Positions 12,431 to 23,796 are shown, counted from the first letter of the stretch. The stretch: 64,000 bases of DNA from Scyliorhinus canicula (GCF_902713615.1 NW_024055458.1:544655-608654), one strand, 5' to 3'. Numbers and translations are program-made. The notes: a model not told the origin generated them from the letters alone.

Positions 12431-12834
12431 TTAAAAGTAAAAAAGATTGACTATCAGCCAAACAACCTTTATCCCATTTTCAATATTTTTTTATCCACTG
12501 AAGAGAAATGTTCAAATGTATTTTTTACTGTCCTGACCCAAAATTAATATCTTTACTGTCCAAATCATGTTCCAGAGTCACAAAAATATTTTGTACTGTA
12601 ATGATCTTCCAGGCACCCAGGTATGAATCTCACCAAGGCAGAAGGTAAAATCTGAATTCATTGAAAGTTTACTTTTTAAAAATAAATTGAGTGTACCCAA
12701 TTCATTGTCGCGCGACACCCGTTCATCCGCTGTCACAGCGTCTGCATGGTCTAGCCAACGTACCACGCTTCGGGAGCTTATTGGGGGTTTGTGAATCCTC
12801 CCCGCCCACCTGCCAGAGTTTCCTTCCCAGGCAG

Positions 12835-13335
12835 TTCCCTTCCAGTCGGGGAACACTTCAGCAGTCAAGGGCATTCAGCCTCTGATCTCCGGGTAAGCGT
12901 TCTAAGGCAGCCTTTAGGATGCACGACAACGCAGAATCGCCGAGCAGACTTATAGCCAAGTCCCGCACACATGAGTATGGCCTCAACCGGGACCTTGGAT
13001 TCATGTCACATTACATTCACCCCTCCACCATCTGGCCTGGGCTTGCAAAATGCTACCAACTGTCCAGGCTTGAGACAATTCACACTTCTTTAACCTGGAT
13101 TCCCCCTATCTCTGGATCTGTCAAGACTTAATTACCTGCAAATGCTTGCATTCAAAGCATTGCCTGGCATCTTTGACTTTGCCTCTGTATATATTTCTGG
13201 AACAAACCTCTTCATTCACCTGAGGAAGGAGCAGTGTTCCAAAAGCTAGTGATTTGAAACAAACCTATTGGACATTAACCTGGTGTCAGACTTCTTACTG
13301 AGCTCACCCCAGTCCAACACCGGCATCTCCACATG
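12835..13335 (+). mobile_element. Penelope-like element 3' fragment (GIY-YIG C-terminus + pseudo-LTR)
   Basis: SLPVGEHFSSQGHSASDLRV...RTHEYGLNRDLGFMSHYIH, then the pLTR ending ccagtccaacaccggcatctccacat; degenerate hammerhead at 13217-13251 (GAAA to AAAA). Confidence 0.85.
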
Positions 13336-13399
13336 ATTGTGAAGGGTTTGCTCCAGCTCTCAATGCCCGGGGACTGATTGACGGCAGATTCGGACCAAT

Positions 13400-13930
13400 A
13401 GAAAGAGGGGGCGGGGCTGGAGGACCGAACACGTTCCTCCAGCCAATCAGAGTGAATGGGAGGCGGAGCAAAGCCGGGGCTCTCGCTCCCTCCGCATGCG
13501 CCCGGTCACCCGGGCCTGTCTCGGGCAAAAGCCCGAGCAGCGATCGCCAATTCAACTCCCGTATCCGAGCTTCGTAATCCGAATTTGGGGCCTACACGGA
13601 GTGTTTATGAAACCTCCCGACCCATCCACCGGCTCCATCTCTACCTTATGACTCACCCGAGCTGAAATTGACCGGCTAAGAATTTCCGCCAGACCGCCGA
13701 AATCCTGATCTATCAACGGCACTGCGCATGCTCCAATAAAGGATGGCGATTGGGGCTCAGTGACGCCCCTGATTCACTCTGATTGGCTGGAGGAGCAGCT
13801 GGGTCCTCCAGTCCCGCCAGTTTCTTTCTATTGGTCTAGAGCTGCCGTCAATCACTCCCCGGGCAAGGTGATGTGGAGCATGCGCATTGCCGATGCTGGA
13901 CTCAGCCGGGAGGTTTCACCGGAATCAAAC
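13400..13930. promoter_or_regulatory. CpG-rich ZNF-type promoter/first exon (promoter B), probably driving ZNF-A on -
   Basis: CCAAT boxes (~13395, ~13443, ~13781), GC boxes, inverted GGCACTGCGCATGCTCCA repeat 13718-13735/13874-13891, minus-strand donor GTGAGT at 13651-13656. Confidence 0.7.
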
Positions 13931-14069
13931 CCGGGTCCCTGGTGCTGTGAAGCACCAGTGCTAATCACTGTGTCACCGTGAGGTACAGGAGCAGATGTAC
14001 CTATGTGTATATGTGCATAAGTCATTAAAGATGGTAGGATAGGTGAAGAGAACAGTTAAAAAGGCATAT

Positions 14070-14360
14070 GGGTCAGCACGGTAGCACAGTGGGTAGCACA
14101 GTTGCTTCACAGGTCCAGGTTCGATTCCCAGCTGGGTCACTGTCTGTGTGGATTCGGCTGTATCTGCATGGCTACCCTCTGGGTGCTCCAGTTTCCTCCC
14201 ACAATTCCCGAAAGACGTGTTTGTTAGGTGAATTGCACATTCTGAATTCTCCTTCCGTGAATCCGAACAGCTACCAGAATGTGGTGACTAGGAGCTTTTC
14301 ACAGTAACTTCGTTGCAGTGTTAATGTAAGCCTACTTGTGTCAATAAAAATTATTAAAGG
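14070..14360 (+). mobile_element. V-SINE with L2-type tail
   Basis: Same family as 6213-6513. Confidence 0.8.
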
Positions 14361-14569
14361 TTATTATAATATTCTACAATAAGGGCATGGAGTACAGTAG
14401 CAAGCTGGTTCTGCTGAACTTATATGAGACACTAGCTAGACCACAGTTGGAATATTGTGTACAGTTCTGGGTGCCACAGAACTGTATACAATATTCCAAC
14501 TGTGGTCCATGGTAGACTTCTTCCAACTAACAACAGGAGATCCAGGAACAGGTAACAATAGTTAATTTC

Positions 14570-15640
14570 AATTCAAGCATGGATGGAACTATCCCAGTGA
14601 AACGTCTGTAGGAGCACCTTCCCCTGAACCAGATCTTTGACTTTCCCACCTAAATGTTTAATATTACCTGGCTGGAGCTCAGAAAGGAAAATTTGAAGAG
14701 TAGTGACCGTATGACATTGTCCACGAGCATGGTGACCATCCACATCTAGTCCCTTTTGGATAAAATCAAACATAGTAATTATTCTCAATCTAGTTATCAG
14801 ACTTCTTAAATTTTGTACCTGACACACTTATTTCCATAGTAACATAGATACCATGCTTCCTTCCCTCAGTTCTGAATAGCCCATAAAAGACTTGTTCTTC
14901 CCAATTTATCCCGACCATCATGTGGAACTTCCCAACTAGTCTTCCTGCTGCATGGCTGGATTAGTTTGGACACAGGTTCAGGTGCTGATAAACATCCTGG
15001 TGTTTCCTCAGCCACCAGAACTAATTATGAGCATATGGGGACATGAAAGACAAAAACACTCCCCCAATTTGATCCCTAAACAAAAAATCTTTTTGTAAGA
15101 CATCAAGATGTGACCCAAATCGAATTAGAGCCTCTTTGTGATAGAAAACCTCATCATGTAGGATGGGTGAGTCCTTGCTGTGAGAGATAAGGGAAAGTCT
15201 ATGACCTCTTTACCATTCTCACGCTAGGGTAAGGTTCCTGACAAGTGTTTTAAATCAGGTTTATCTGGAGTCTGTCATACCGGTGCCAATGATTTTACTT
15301 TGGGTGGATCCCATGGACCCTCCTCTAGAGCAGCATTCCTGGTGAGTCAGACTGCCTGGTTATTACCATCACCCTCTTCACCAATTCCTGCTACTGATGT
15401 ACCTTCACCTCGCAAATAACAACTAGTTCTGGACAATTACTAGCAACATCCGAAATCATTCAGAGTTTGGACTGGTGTGTGAGTGATTTCCTTTCTGCTG
15501 TGGAGAAGCTGTGTGTTTTTTGCCAGATAAATATGTTTTCACTGAGAGTGTTACAACTAATGGAGCTTTCAGAATTGTGGTTGATTCTGTCAACAGATTC
15601 AAGGGCAATAATAATGATGATGTCCTCAGATTGATAGGAT
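14570..15640 (-). mobile_element. Highly decayed ERV-like pol remnant (RNase H + integrase)
   Basis: Manual minus-strand translation across frameshifts: PELVVICEVKVHQ...GNNQAV*LTRNAAL (RNase H end), WW...IST*TCVQTNP (integrase C-x2-C), DFIQ...MLVD (integrase core), ELQPG. Confidence 0.55.
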
Positions 15641-15649
15641 AAATGATGT

Positions 15650-15785
15650 GATGGTGTGGAGTTTGCACATTCTCCCGTGTTTGCATGGGTTTCGCCCCCA
15701 CAACCGAAAGATGTGCAGGGTAGGTAGATTGGCCACGCTAAATTGTCCCTTAATTGAAAAAAATGAATTGGGTATTCTAAAAGAA
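15650..15785 (+). mobile_element. V-SINE fragment
   Basis: V-domain gtggagtttgcacattctcccgtg... with AT tail. Confidence 0.75.
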
Positions 15786-16224
15786 AACGGGCAAATCATT
15801 GTTTTCCACAGGGGTGAATGTGACTATGAACAATCCAATTGGAAAACAGCAGATACACATTGTTCTCACTCTGCCAGCAGGGCTGTGGGATTCAATGAAG
15901 AGATCTTCCAAAGAGCCAGTACAAGTCTAATGGGCCAAACGACTTCCATTCATGCAGTATCATTCTGTGAAACACTGAATATTCAGTATCAGGAATAGAG
16001 AGAGAAAGCGAGAGGGACCAGTGACGGCGCGCGCGATTGAACCCAGCCAGAGTCAGTACCATGAGAGGAGGTAAGAGAGGAAACAGCATAGAAGCTTGAA
16101 CACCTCTGCGTGGTCACACAAGAGAACACTGAGCAAACGGAACATAGTAGATCACCAATTCACAATTTGAGATTTTTAATTAATTAATCTCAAATCGTAA
16201 CAAAGTTATTTGGTTGAGTGTTTC

Positions 16225-16700
16225 GGATTTGATTGGTAGGACTATTACCAATCATTCCCTGCGGTTGTGAATGTGCCCTATTCACTCCACAGGAGGCCAG
16301 TGAGCAGGCGCAGTGCTGTATCCGGAGCATGCGCAGTGGTGTCTCCGGTGCATGCGCAGTGGAGGCTGTATCTGGAGCATGCGCATTGTCACTTTGTTCG
16401 GAGCCCTGGCAGTGCGGAAGCGCCTTTGTGGTGGGTTAGAGTCGGTGGGGCGGAGTGAGTAATGGAGCTGTGAGTCCGGGTGGAGAGGGAACGGAGGCTT
16501 CATAAACACCTGGTACAGGCCCCACGGCCGGAATCAGATCCTGCATGTCCCGAGTTTGCAGCTGCGGAGGTTCTATCCGGGAAAGGCCCAGTTCCAGCGG
16601 CGCCATCTCTGTTCAACAGGGAGCAGGGCGCATGCGCGGTCATTTTTGCGGAGCAGCAGATTCAGGGTCCCGGTGACCAGGAGAGAAAATGTTTGAGTAA
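16225..16700 (+). promoter_or_regulatory. CpG-rich ZNF-type promoter/first exon (promoter C), probably driving ZNF-B
   Basis: CCAAT both ways (gattgg ~16231, ccaatc ~16248), three tandem GCATGCGCA sites (16325-16385), GCGCATGCGC ~16628, YY1-like GGCGCCATCT ~16599, donor GTGAGT 16455-16460; ggcttcataaacacc shared with promoters A and B. Confidence 0.65.
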
Positions 16701-16734
16701 ATGAAAGGTGCGAAATACGGGCGCCCTCTTTATA

Positions 16735-16862
16735 TGATATGGAGATGCCAGCGTTGGGCGGGGGTGGGCACAGTACGAAATCTTAAAACACCGGGTTAAA
16801 GTCCAACAGGTTTGTTTTGAATGGCTGGCTTTCGGAGCACAGCTCCTTCCTCGGGTGAATGA
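16735..16862 (-). mobile_element. Penelope pseudo-LTR fragment with degenerate hammerhead
   Basis: Reverse complement of the pLTR; hammerhead core mutated (CCGAGGA; stem III GCC). Confidence 0.75.
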
Positions 16863-17166
16863 GGAAAAATTTCTTCCCTCAGAGGGTGGTTAGTTTTTGC
16901 AATTCTCTTCCCCAGAGAACAGTGGAGACTGCATCATTAAATATATTCGGAGCAGTGGGTGGAAAGTTACAGCATTTGGGGAATGAGATAGGAAAGCATG
17001 TTTCACAGCGACTACAATTGTCTGTTCTGAATTTGTGAGCTGTACTGATAGTGATGACATTTCTAATATCCTTTAATAGAATATTAAAAGCAAGATCTGA
17101 CGGCGTCATTCGGCCATTTTACGATCAGTGTGACTGGAAAAGCACCGAGACACGGACACCAGCACC

Positions 17167-18009
17167 ATGAGGAAACCATGGAAATGTGGAGATTGTGGGA
17201 AGGGATTCACTTTCCCATCTGAGCTGGAAACTCATCAACGTACTCACACTGGGGAGAGACCGTTCACCTGCTCTCATTGTGGGAAGGGATTTACTAATTC
17301 GTCTGACTTGTTGAGACATCATCGAGTTCACTCTGGGGAGAGCCCATTCACCTGCTCCATGTGTGGCAAAGGATTCAGAGATTCATCCAGCCTGCTAAAA
17401 CATCAGCGAGTTCACACCGGGGAGAAGCCATTTACCTGCTCAGTGTGTGGGAAGGGATTTACTAATTCATCCAGCCAGCTGAGACATCAGCGAGTTCACA
17501 CTGGGGAGAGACCATCCACCTGCTCCGAATGTGGGAAAGGATTCAGAGATTCATCCTGCCTAATGGCACATCAGCAAATTCACACTGGGGTGAGACTATT
17601 CACCTGCTTACTGTGTGGGAAGGGATTCACTAATTCATCCAACCTGCTGATACACCAGAGAGGTCACACTGGGGAGAGACCATTCTCCTGCTCTGTCTGT
17701 GGGAAGGGATTTACTATTTTATCCAACCTGCTGACACACCAGCGAGTTCACACTGGGGAAAGACCATTCACCTGCTCCGTGTGTGGCAAGGGATTTACCA
17801 ATTCATCGAACCTGCTGACACACCAGCGAGTTCACACTGGGGAAAGACCATTCACCTGCTCCGTGTGTGGCAAGGGATTTATCAATTCCTCCAACCTGCT
17901 GACACACCAGCGAGTTCACACTGATGAGAAGCCGTTTATATGCTCCGTGTGTGGGATAGGATTCAGAAATGCATCCCATCTGCGGAGGCACGAGCGAGTT
18001 CACAAGTAA
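17167..18009 (+). CDS. C2H2 zinc-finger protein, 280 aa, 10 fingers, no KRAB (ZNF-B)
   Basis: ATG in gcaccATG context, in-frame stop upstream at 17131-17133, ten CxxC-x12-HxxxH units with TGERP-type linkers, TAA 18007-18009. Confidence 0.9.
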   Translation: MRKPWKCGDCGKGFTFPSELETHQRTHTGERPFTCSHCGKGFTNSSDLLRHHRVHSGESPFTCSMCGKGFRDSSSLLKHQRVHTGEKPFTCSVCGKGFTNSSSQLRHQRVHTGERPSTCSECGKGFRDSSCLMAHQQIHTGVRLFTCLLCGKGFTNSSNLLIHQRGHTGERPFSCSVCGKGFTILSNLLTHQRVHTGERPFTCSVCGKGFTNSSNLLTHQRVHTGERPFTCSVCGKGFINSSNLLTHQRVHTDEKPFICSVCGIGFRNASHLRRHERVHK

Positions 18010-18269
18010 TTAGAGGGGTTGGATTCTGCTGTTAATCACAGCCAGGACTGAACCATGTTCATTCTGACATTTGGTGAACAGGGAAGGTCAGAGGGTTTCC
18101 CTCTCGACTGGTCGGTCTTCCAATTTTCACTCCAGTGGACTGATTCTCTTTGAGCAAGAGCACATTTCCACTGCAATGATCTGCAAATGCAGATATAGTA
18201 CATTAATTTTATCCTGTTTAGTAAATAGTCTTTTGTCTACCCCAAAAGGTGTCCTGTCTTGTCTTTCAT

Positions 18270-18575
18270 CCGTCCTCATTCTGAGTGTTGGCCGCTGTCT
18301 CGACAATCTTTCTCACTGATTTCTCCGCTGCTCTCACTGCCTGTCCCATCGAGAGGCCAGTCCACATTCTGATATTATCCACCCAGGCCACCTTTGGGCT
18401 TTCCTTGTGCACAGTTTCCAGGTGCCCGCCATTGCCTCTTTGTCCAAACACTCCCTTCCTATTCACAACACATGTCCAAAATACGTGAGCTTCCTTGATA
18501 TCAGTGCCTCAAACAGGTTCCTCCGAACACCAGCTTTCTCCAGCTCCCACTCATTCATCCACTTTGCCGTCCATG
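18270..18575 (-). mobile_element. RTE-clade LINE 3' end fragment
   Basis: Minus-strand PKVAWVDNIRMWTGLSMGQAVRAAEK...RKIVETAAN..NEDG, an RTE/BovB-like C-terminus. Confidence 0.65.
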
Positions 18576-18579
18576 ACAG

Positions 18580-19025
18580 ACAGAATACCCGTCTGAGTCC
18601 TTTCAATCCTCTCCAAACTCTTTGAACTTGTTGTCGCCTGCCAAATCCTTACCCATCTTTTCAAGAACTCTCATGTTTTAATCCCTTCAATTAGGTCTCT
18701 GCCCTGTCACAGTAGCGAAATACGAGAGACAAACACAATCTCACTCGGAGAGAAGGACAGACAATCCGCGAGTTTGGACCCAACACTGATCTGTTCATAA
18801 GACCAGAAGACAAGGACAACAGCACAGTCATTATCGAGAGACAACAATATCTGCTGGAGACAGATAGGGAACTAAACAACATGAATCACAACACCAAGCT
18901 ATCTAGACCCATATACCCAAGACAGGAAGGAGAATTGGAGACAGGCTGCAAGAACTCAGACTGCAGATACATTAACCAAACGGATGGAATATCTGAGGGG
19001 ACAACAGGACGAACTAAGGAAGTTA
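18580..19025 (+). mobile_element. L2/Penelope-like chimeric fragment (paralog of 6535-6960)
   Basis: Same junction (...atcccttcaattaggtctctgccctgtcacag...|...gaagacaaggacaacagcacagtcattatcgagagacaacaa) as the reverse complement of 6535-6960. Confidence 0.7.
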
Positions 19026-19205
19026 TATATACTCCTTTAAATACACAAACACGGAGACTTCCGGTGGCTGTGATGGAGTAGGAAGCCACACATTTGGGAG
19101 ATCCCGTTTTAAAGAGACTTTTCGGCTCTTTTGAGAGCCCAAAACGGAAATTTCTCGACGTCTCCCGGTGGGGGAAGGTGTCCTGAACGACTTTCCCCGC
19201 AGTCC

Positions 19206-20051
19206 ATGCCTCGAACTCGGAGTGGAAAGGGGGAGAAAACGGCAGCAGCTCCTCAGAAAAAACGGGGGAAGGAATCCAAGATGGCGGCCGGGGGAGCTCC
19301 AGAGGAATGGAGGCTGTGTGCCCAGGAGCAACAAACTGATCTCCTGCGCTGCTTTGAAGAATTCAAGGATGAGGTACTGAGCTCTCTGCAGGAAACAAAC
19401 AGAAGGCTGTCAGAGATTCAGTCCACCCAGGGTGCTGCCATCAAGGAGTTGCAGACGCAGGCCACTGAACGAGAGGAGGAGGCCGTGGTCCTCGTGAGTA
19501 AGGTGCAGGGGCACGAGGCACTCCACAAGAAGTGGCAGGAACGCTTTGAGGAGCTTGATCACCGCATGAGGCGGAAAAACTTGCGGATCCTGGGCCTTGC
19601 GGAGGGGCTGGAGGGGTCGGACCTGACAGCCTACGTGGCTGTAATGCTGAACTCGCTAGTGGCGGCCGGGTCTTTCCATCTGTCCTTGGAGCTGGAGGGA
19701 GCGCACAGGGTGCTGGGCAGGAGGTCTAAGGAAGATGAAGCCCCGCGCGCGGTGCTGGTGAGGTTCCACCGGTTCAGTGATCGGGAGTGTGTGCTGCGCT
19801 GGACCAAGAAGGTGAAGAGCAGCAAGTGGGAGAATGGGGTAGTACGGATCTACCAGGATTGGAGTGCGGAGGTGGCTAAGCTGCGGTCCGGATTTAATCG
19901 GACGAAAGAGGTGCTTTATAGAAAAAAGATAAAGTTCGTAATGTTGCAGCCCGCGCGCCTGTGGGTAACTTATTCGGACCGGCATTATTATTTCGATTCC
20001 CCGGAGGAGGCGTGGGCCTTCGTGCGGACGGAGGAACTGGACTTGAACTAG
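19206..20051 (+). CDS. L1 ORF1p (281 aa; coiled coil + RRM/CTD)
   Basis: ATG 19206 (MPRTRSGK); RRKNLRILGLAEG, GAHR, PRAVLVRFHRF, IYQDWS, QPARLWV are L1 ORF1p-type motifs. Confidence 0.85.
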   Translation: MPRTRSGKGEKTAAAPQKKRGKESKMAAGGAPEEWRLCAQEQQTDLLRCFEEFKDEVLSSLQETNRRLSEIQSTQGAAIKELQTQATEREEEAVVLVSKVQGHEALHKKWQERFEELDHRMRRKNLRILGLAEGLEGSDLTAYVAVMLNSLVAAGSFHLSLELEGAHRVLGRRSKEDEAPRAVLVRFHRFSDRECVLRWTKKVKSSKWENGVVRIYQDWSAEVAKLRSGFNRTKEVLYRKKIKFVMLQPARLWVTYSDRHYYFDSPEEAWAFVRTEELDLN

Positions 20052-20744
20052 GGGTTGGGGGTTGCGGGGTCGGCTGTAATATATGAGTGCTGGATTCTGC
20101 TGTTGCTGTGTTCTCTTTTTCTTCTGTTTTTCTCTTCTTGTTTTAGTACTTTTGCAATTTTGATATGGTTATTTATGGGGGTGTTGTTCTGCTATGTTTT
20201 TGTCCTGTGGGGCATTGTTTGGGCTGTGTATCTTGCGGGGGGGGGGGGGTTGGGGGGGTTTGTTGTATTCTATATCGGGTTGGGGGTATGGAGTGGGGCT
20301 GATATTTGGGAGCTGCGTCAGAAGGGTGTGGTGGGGCAGTGCGAAAGCGCAGGCTTTCCTCTGGTTTCCGCGCTGCGGGGCTGGGGGGTGGAGACGGTGA
20401 CGGGGGAGGCGGGGCCTTAACTGGTTCTTCCCGCGCTGGAGCGGTGCCTGGAGGAGGGATAGGATGGGGGATGATCCCACTTCGGGAGGGGTCGGGCTAT
20501 TGGCGGGACTTTCCGGGGTCAGCAGAAGTCAGCTGACCCACGGAAGAACAATGGAGGACGGTTCGCGGCTGGGAGGGTTCCTAGCCTGGGGGGGGAAGGG
20601 AGGGGGGGAAAGGGGAATACCGGGTTGCTGCTGGTAGGGACAAGAAGGAGCTGGTGGGGGCTGGGGGGACAGAGGTGAGGTGTTGTCGCTGTGGGGACTG
20701 GGTCGGGCAGGGGGTGCTGGCCTGGGGCGGGCAGTCGACGGGCT

Positions 20745-22115
20745 ATGGCTAGTCGACGGGAGAGGGTGGGGCGGGACGCCCTCTGAACCGGTTGGTCACT
20801 TGGAATGCGAGAGGGTTGAATGGGCCGGTGAAGCGGTCGAGGGTACTGGCTCACCTGAAGGGGCTAAAGGCAGATGTGGCAATGCTTCAGGAGACCCACC
20901 TGAAGGTGGCGGATCAGGTCCGCCTGAGGAAGGGATGGGTGGGGCAGGTTTTCCACTCTGGGTTGGATGTGAAGAACCGGGGAGTGGCGATTCTGGTGGG
21001 GAAAAATGTGTTGTTTGAGGCATCGGAGGTGGTGGCGGATAAGGGGGGTAGATATGTTATGGTTAGTGGCAGGCTACAAGGAGAGAAGGTGGTACTGGCT
21101 AGTGTGTATGCCCCAAATTGGGACGATGCGGGCTTTATGAGGCGTATGTTGGGACGGATCCCGGATCTGGAGGCTGGAGGTCTGATCATAGGGGGGGACT
21201 TTAATATGGTGTTGGATCCTTCACTGGATTGGTCCAGCTCTAGGACGGGTAGGAGGCCGGCGGCGGCCAAGGTACTGAGAGGGTTTATGGATCAGATGGG
21301 TGGAGTGGATCCATGGAGGTTTGTGAGGCCGAGGGCACGCAAGTACTCTTTCTTCTCCCACGTACATAGGGTCTGCTCTCGGATAGATTTCTTCGTGGTG
21401 AGTAGGGGACTGATTCCGAGAGTGGAGGAGGCCGAGTATTCGGCCATTGCAATCTCCGACCATGCTCCGCATTGGATAGAGTTGGAGATGGGGGAGGTAC
21501 GGGACCAACGTCCGCTGTGGCGGTTAGATGTGGGGCTGTTGGCGGAAGAGGAGGTGTGTAGGAGGGTCCGGGCAAGTATTGAGGGGTACCTCGAGGTGAA
21601 TGATGCGGGGGAGGTTCAGGTGGGGATGGTCTGGGAAGCCCTGAAGGCAGTAATTCGTGGGGAGCTGATATCCATCCGGGCACACAGGGAGAGGAGTGAG
21701 AGGGATAGACTGGTGGGAAATATGCTGGAGGTGGACAGGAGGTATGCAGAGGCACCAGAGGAGGGACTGTTGGGGGAGAGGCGCAGCCTGCAGGCTAAAT
21801 TTGATTTGCTGACCACTAGAAAGGCGGAGGCACAGTGGAGGAAGGCACAAGGGGCAGTGTACGGACATGGTGAAAAGGCAAGTAGGATGCTGGCTCATCA
21901 GCTCCGCAAGCGGGATGTGGCTAAGGAAATTGCTGGAGTGAGAGACAAGAGTGGGAATGTGGTGCGGAAGGGGGTAGAGGTGAATGAGGTCTTCAAGGAC
22001 TTTTACGGGGAACTGTACCGGTCGGAGCCAACGGGGGATAGGAGGGGAATGGAGAGGTTCCTTGATGGGCTTTCTTTCCGAAAGGTGCAGGAGGAGAAGG
22101 TGGCGGGGTTGGGGC
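20745..22115 (+). pseudogene. L1 ORF2 remnant (endonuclease + linker; no RT)
   Basis: ATG at 20745 is out of frame with the 20792 frame (47 nt apart); the ORF-track tail after ~22115 is read-through into a SINE. Confidence 0.8.
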
Positions 22116-22369
22116 AATTTAGTGTGGCCAATCTTCCTAACTTGTATCTTTGGACTGTGGGAGAAAACTGGAGCACCCGGAGGGAGCCCACACAGACACA
22201 GGGAGATTGTGTGGCGTTTGCACAGTCACCCAAGGTCGAAATAGCTGAAACATCAAGACACTACTCCTGGGAATAGATGGTATGGTGGTTCAGTAAATAT
22301 AATAAGTGGATTAAAAGTGTGTGTAATATTGAGTTAAAACTGAAAATGCCAGATTAATTCAACAGATTT

Positions 22370-22525
22370 GGCAGCATCACAGAATCCCTACAGTGCAGAA
22401 GGAGGCTATTTCCCCCATTGAGTTTGCAACAACTCTGCAAAAGAGCACTCCACCCAGGTGCACTTTCCCTTCCCTCTGCCTGAAACCCCATATCACCTTT
22501 TGACAGTAAGGGGCAATTTATAGCG
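22370..22525 (-). mobile_element. HE1 SINE tail fragment
   Basis: cagtgcagaaggaggc...aaagagcactcc...ggggcaatttat reverse complement tail. Confidence 0.7.
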
Positions 22526-23290
22526 CGTTCACACTGGGGAGAGATCATTCACCACCTGGAGTGTGGGAAGGGATTAACTCAGTCTGCCCACCTCACTTCC
22601 CACCAACGTGTTCACTCTGACACAAGACCTTTTAAATGTTGCACCTGAGAGAAGAACTTCACCCTACTCAAACCCACGTATCCACCCTATACCTGTAACC
22701 CAACAACCCCCCCCCCACACCCCCCCCCCCAACAACCTTACTTTTTATTAGGACACTACGGGCAATTTAGCATGGCCAATCCACCTAACCCGCACATCTT
22801 TGGACTGTGGGAGGAAACCGGAGCACACGGAGGAAACCCACGCACACAGGGGGAGGACGTGCAGACTCCACACAGACAGTGACCCAGCCGGGAATCGAAC
22901 CTGGGACCCTGGAGCTGTGAAGCATTTATGCTAACCACCATGCTACCCTGCTGCCCAGGTTATTGGTGTTAATCACATCCAGGACTGAACCATGTTCATT
23001 CTGACAGATGGAGTTTATTTGAGTTGATGTTAATAATCCCTGAAACAGATTAGAAATTATTGGTGCTTGATAGCCGGCACAGACACAATGGGACAAAGGG
23101 CCTTGTTTTGTGCTGTAAAACTCTATAACTTTAACCCACCTCATTTCACACCAACATGTTCACTCTGACACAAGACATTTTGTGTTCGGACTGTGAGAAG
23201 AGCTTTAGAAGCAAAATAGATCTGCTAACTCACCAACATGCTCACACTAGAGAGAGACCGTTCACCACTCCGAGAGTGAGAAGGGATTGT
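22525..23290 (+). pseudogene. Fragmented C2H2 ZNF pseudogene
   Basis: [38 protein letters not shown] (22525-22650) and HLISHQHVHSDTRH..CSDCEKSFRSKIDLLTHQHAHTRERPF (23135-23290), split by a SINE; ZNF 3'UTR motif caggactgaaccatgttcatt at ~22980. Confidence 0.75.
22660..22955 (-). mobile_element. HE1-type V-SINE
   Basis: Reverse complement head, V-domain and partial tail. Confidence 0.85.
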
Positions 23291-23796
23291 TTACCTGTTG
23301 TGATTCCGGTCTCCCTGGCACCCCCTCCTCCCCCAACCCAAGACTGGAAATTCCTGGATGTTTATCAAATAGCTGTAGTGCATGTACCTTTAAGAACTGG
23401 GTGTTTATCAAATAGCTGCAGTGATATCAGAGTGTCGGTGGAGCTGGGCTGTATGTCTTCACTGCAGCTATTTGATATACACCCAGTTCTTAAAGGTACT
23501 CTCACATGACAATTCTGAATTCTCCCTCTGTGTACCTGAACAGGCTCTGGAATGTGCTGACTGGGGGCTTCTCACGGTAACTTCATTGCAGTGTGAATGT
23601 AAGACTACTTGTGACAATAAAGATTAGTATTATTTTAAAAAAGTTCTGGCAAATTTCCATCCCGCCCAGGATGATTCGCACGGGAATATAACCCCAACAA
23701 ATGGGATGAAGCCAAATCTTTCAAAGTCAAAGTCTTTATTTCGAATTATTGCCGTGCTGTTAGGGAAAGGTTAACTTCTCTGCTTGTTTACAAAAG

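Larger units (their letters stand above)
19053..22115 (+). mobile_element. L1-clade LINE, 5'-complete, 3'-truncated
   Basis: 5' UTR from ~19053, intact ORF1, ~700-bp G-rich spacer, ORF2 APE endonuclease (VTWNARGLN, LQETH, YAPN, GGDFN, RIDFF, SDH) and linker, cut off before RT by a SINE fragment at ~22115. Confidence 0.9.

Noticed and set aside
22115-22276. C-terminus of the 494-aa L1 ORF
   Set aside because: Read-through into an antisense SINE fragment, not L1 protein.
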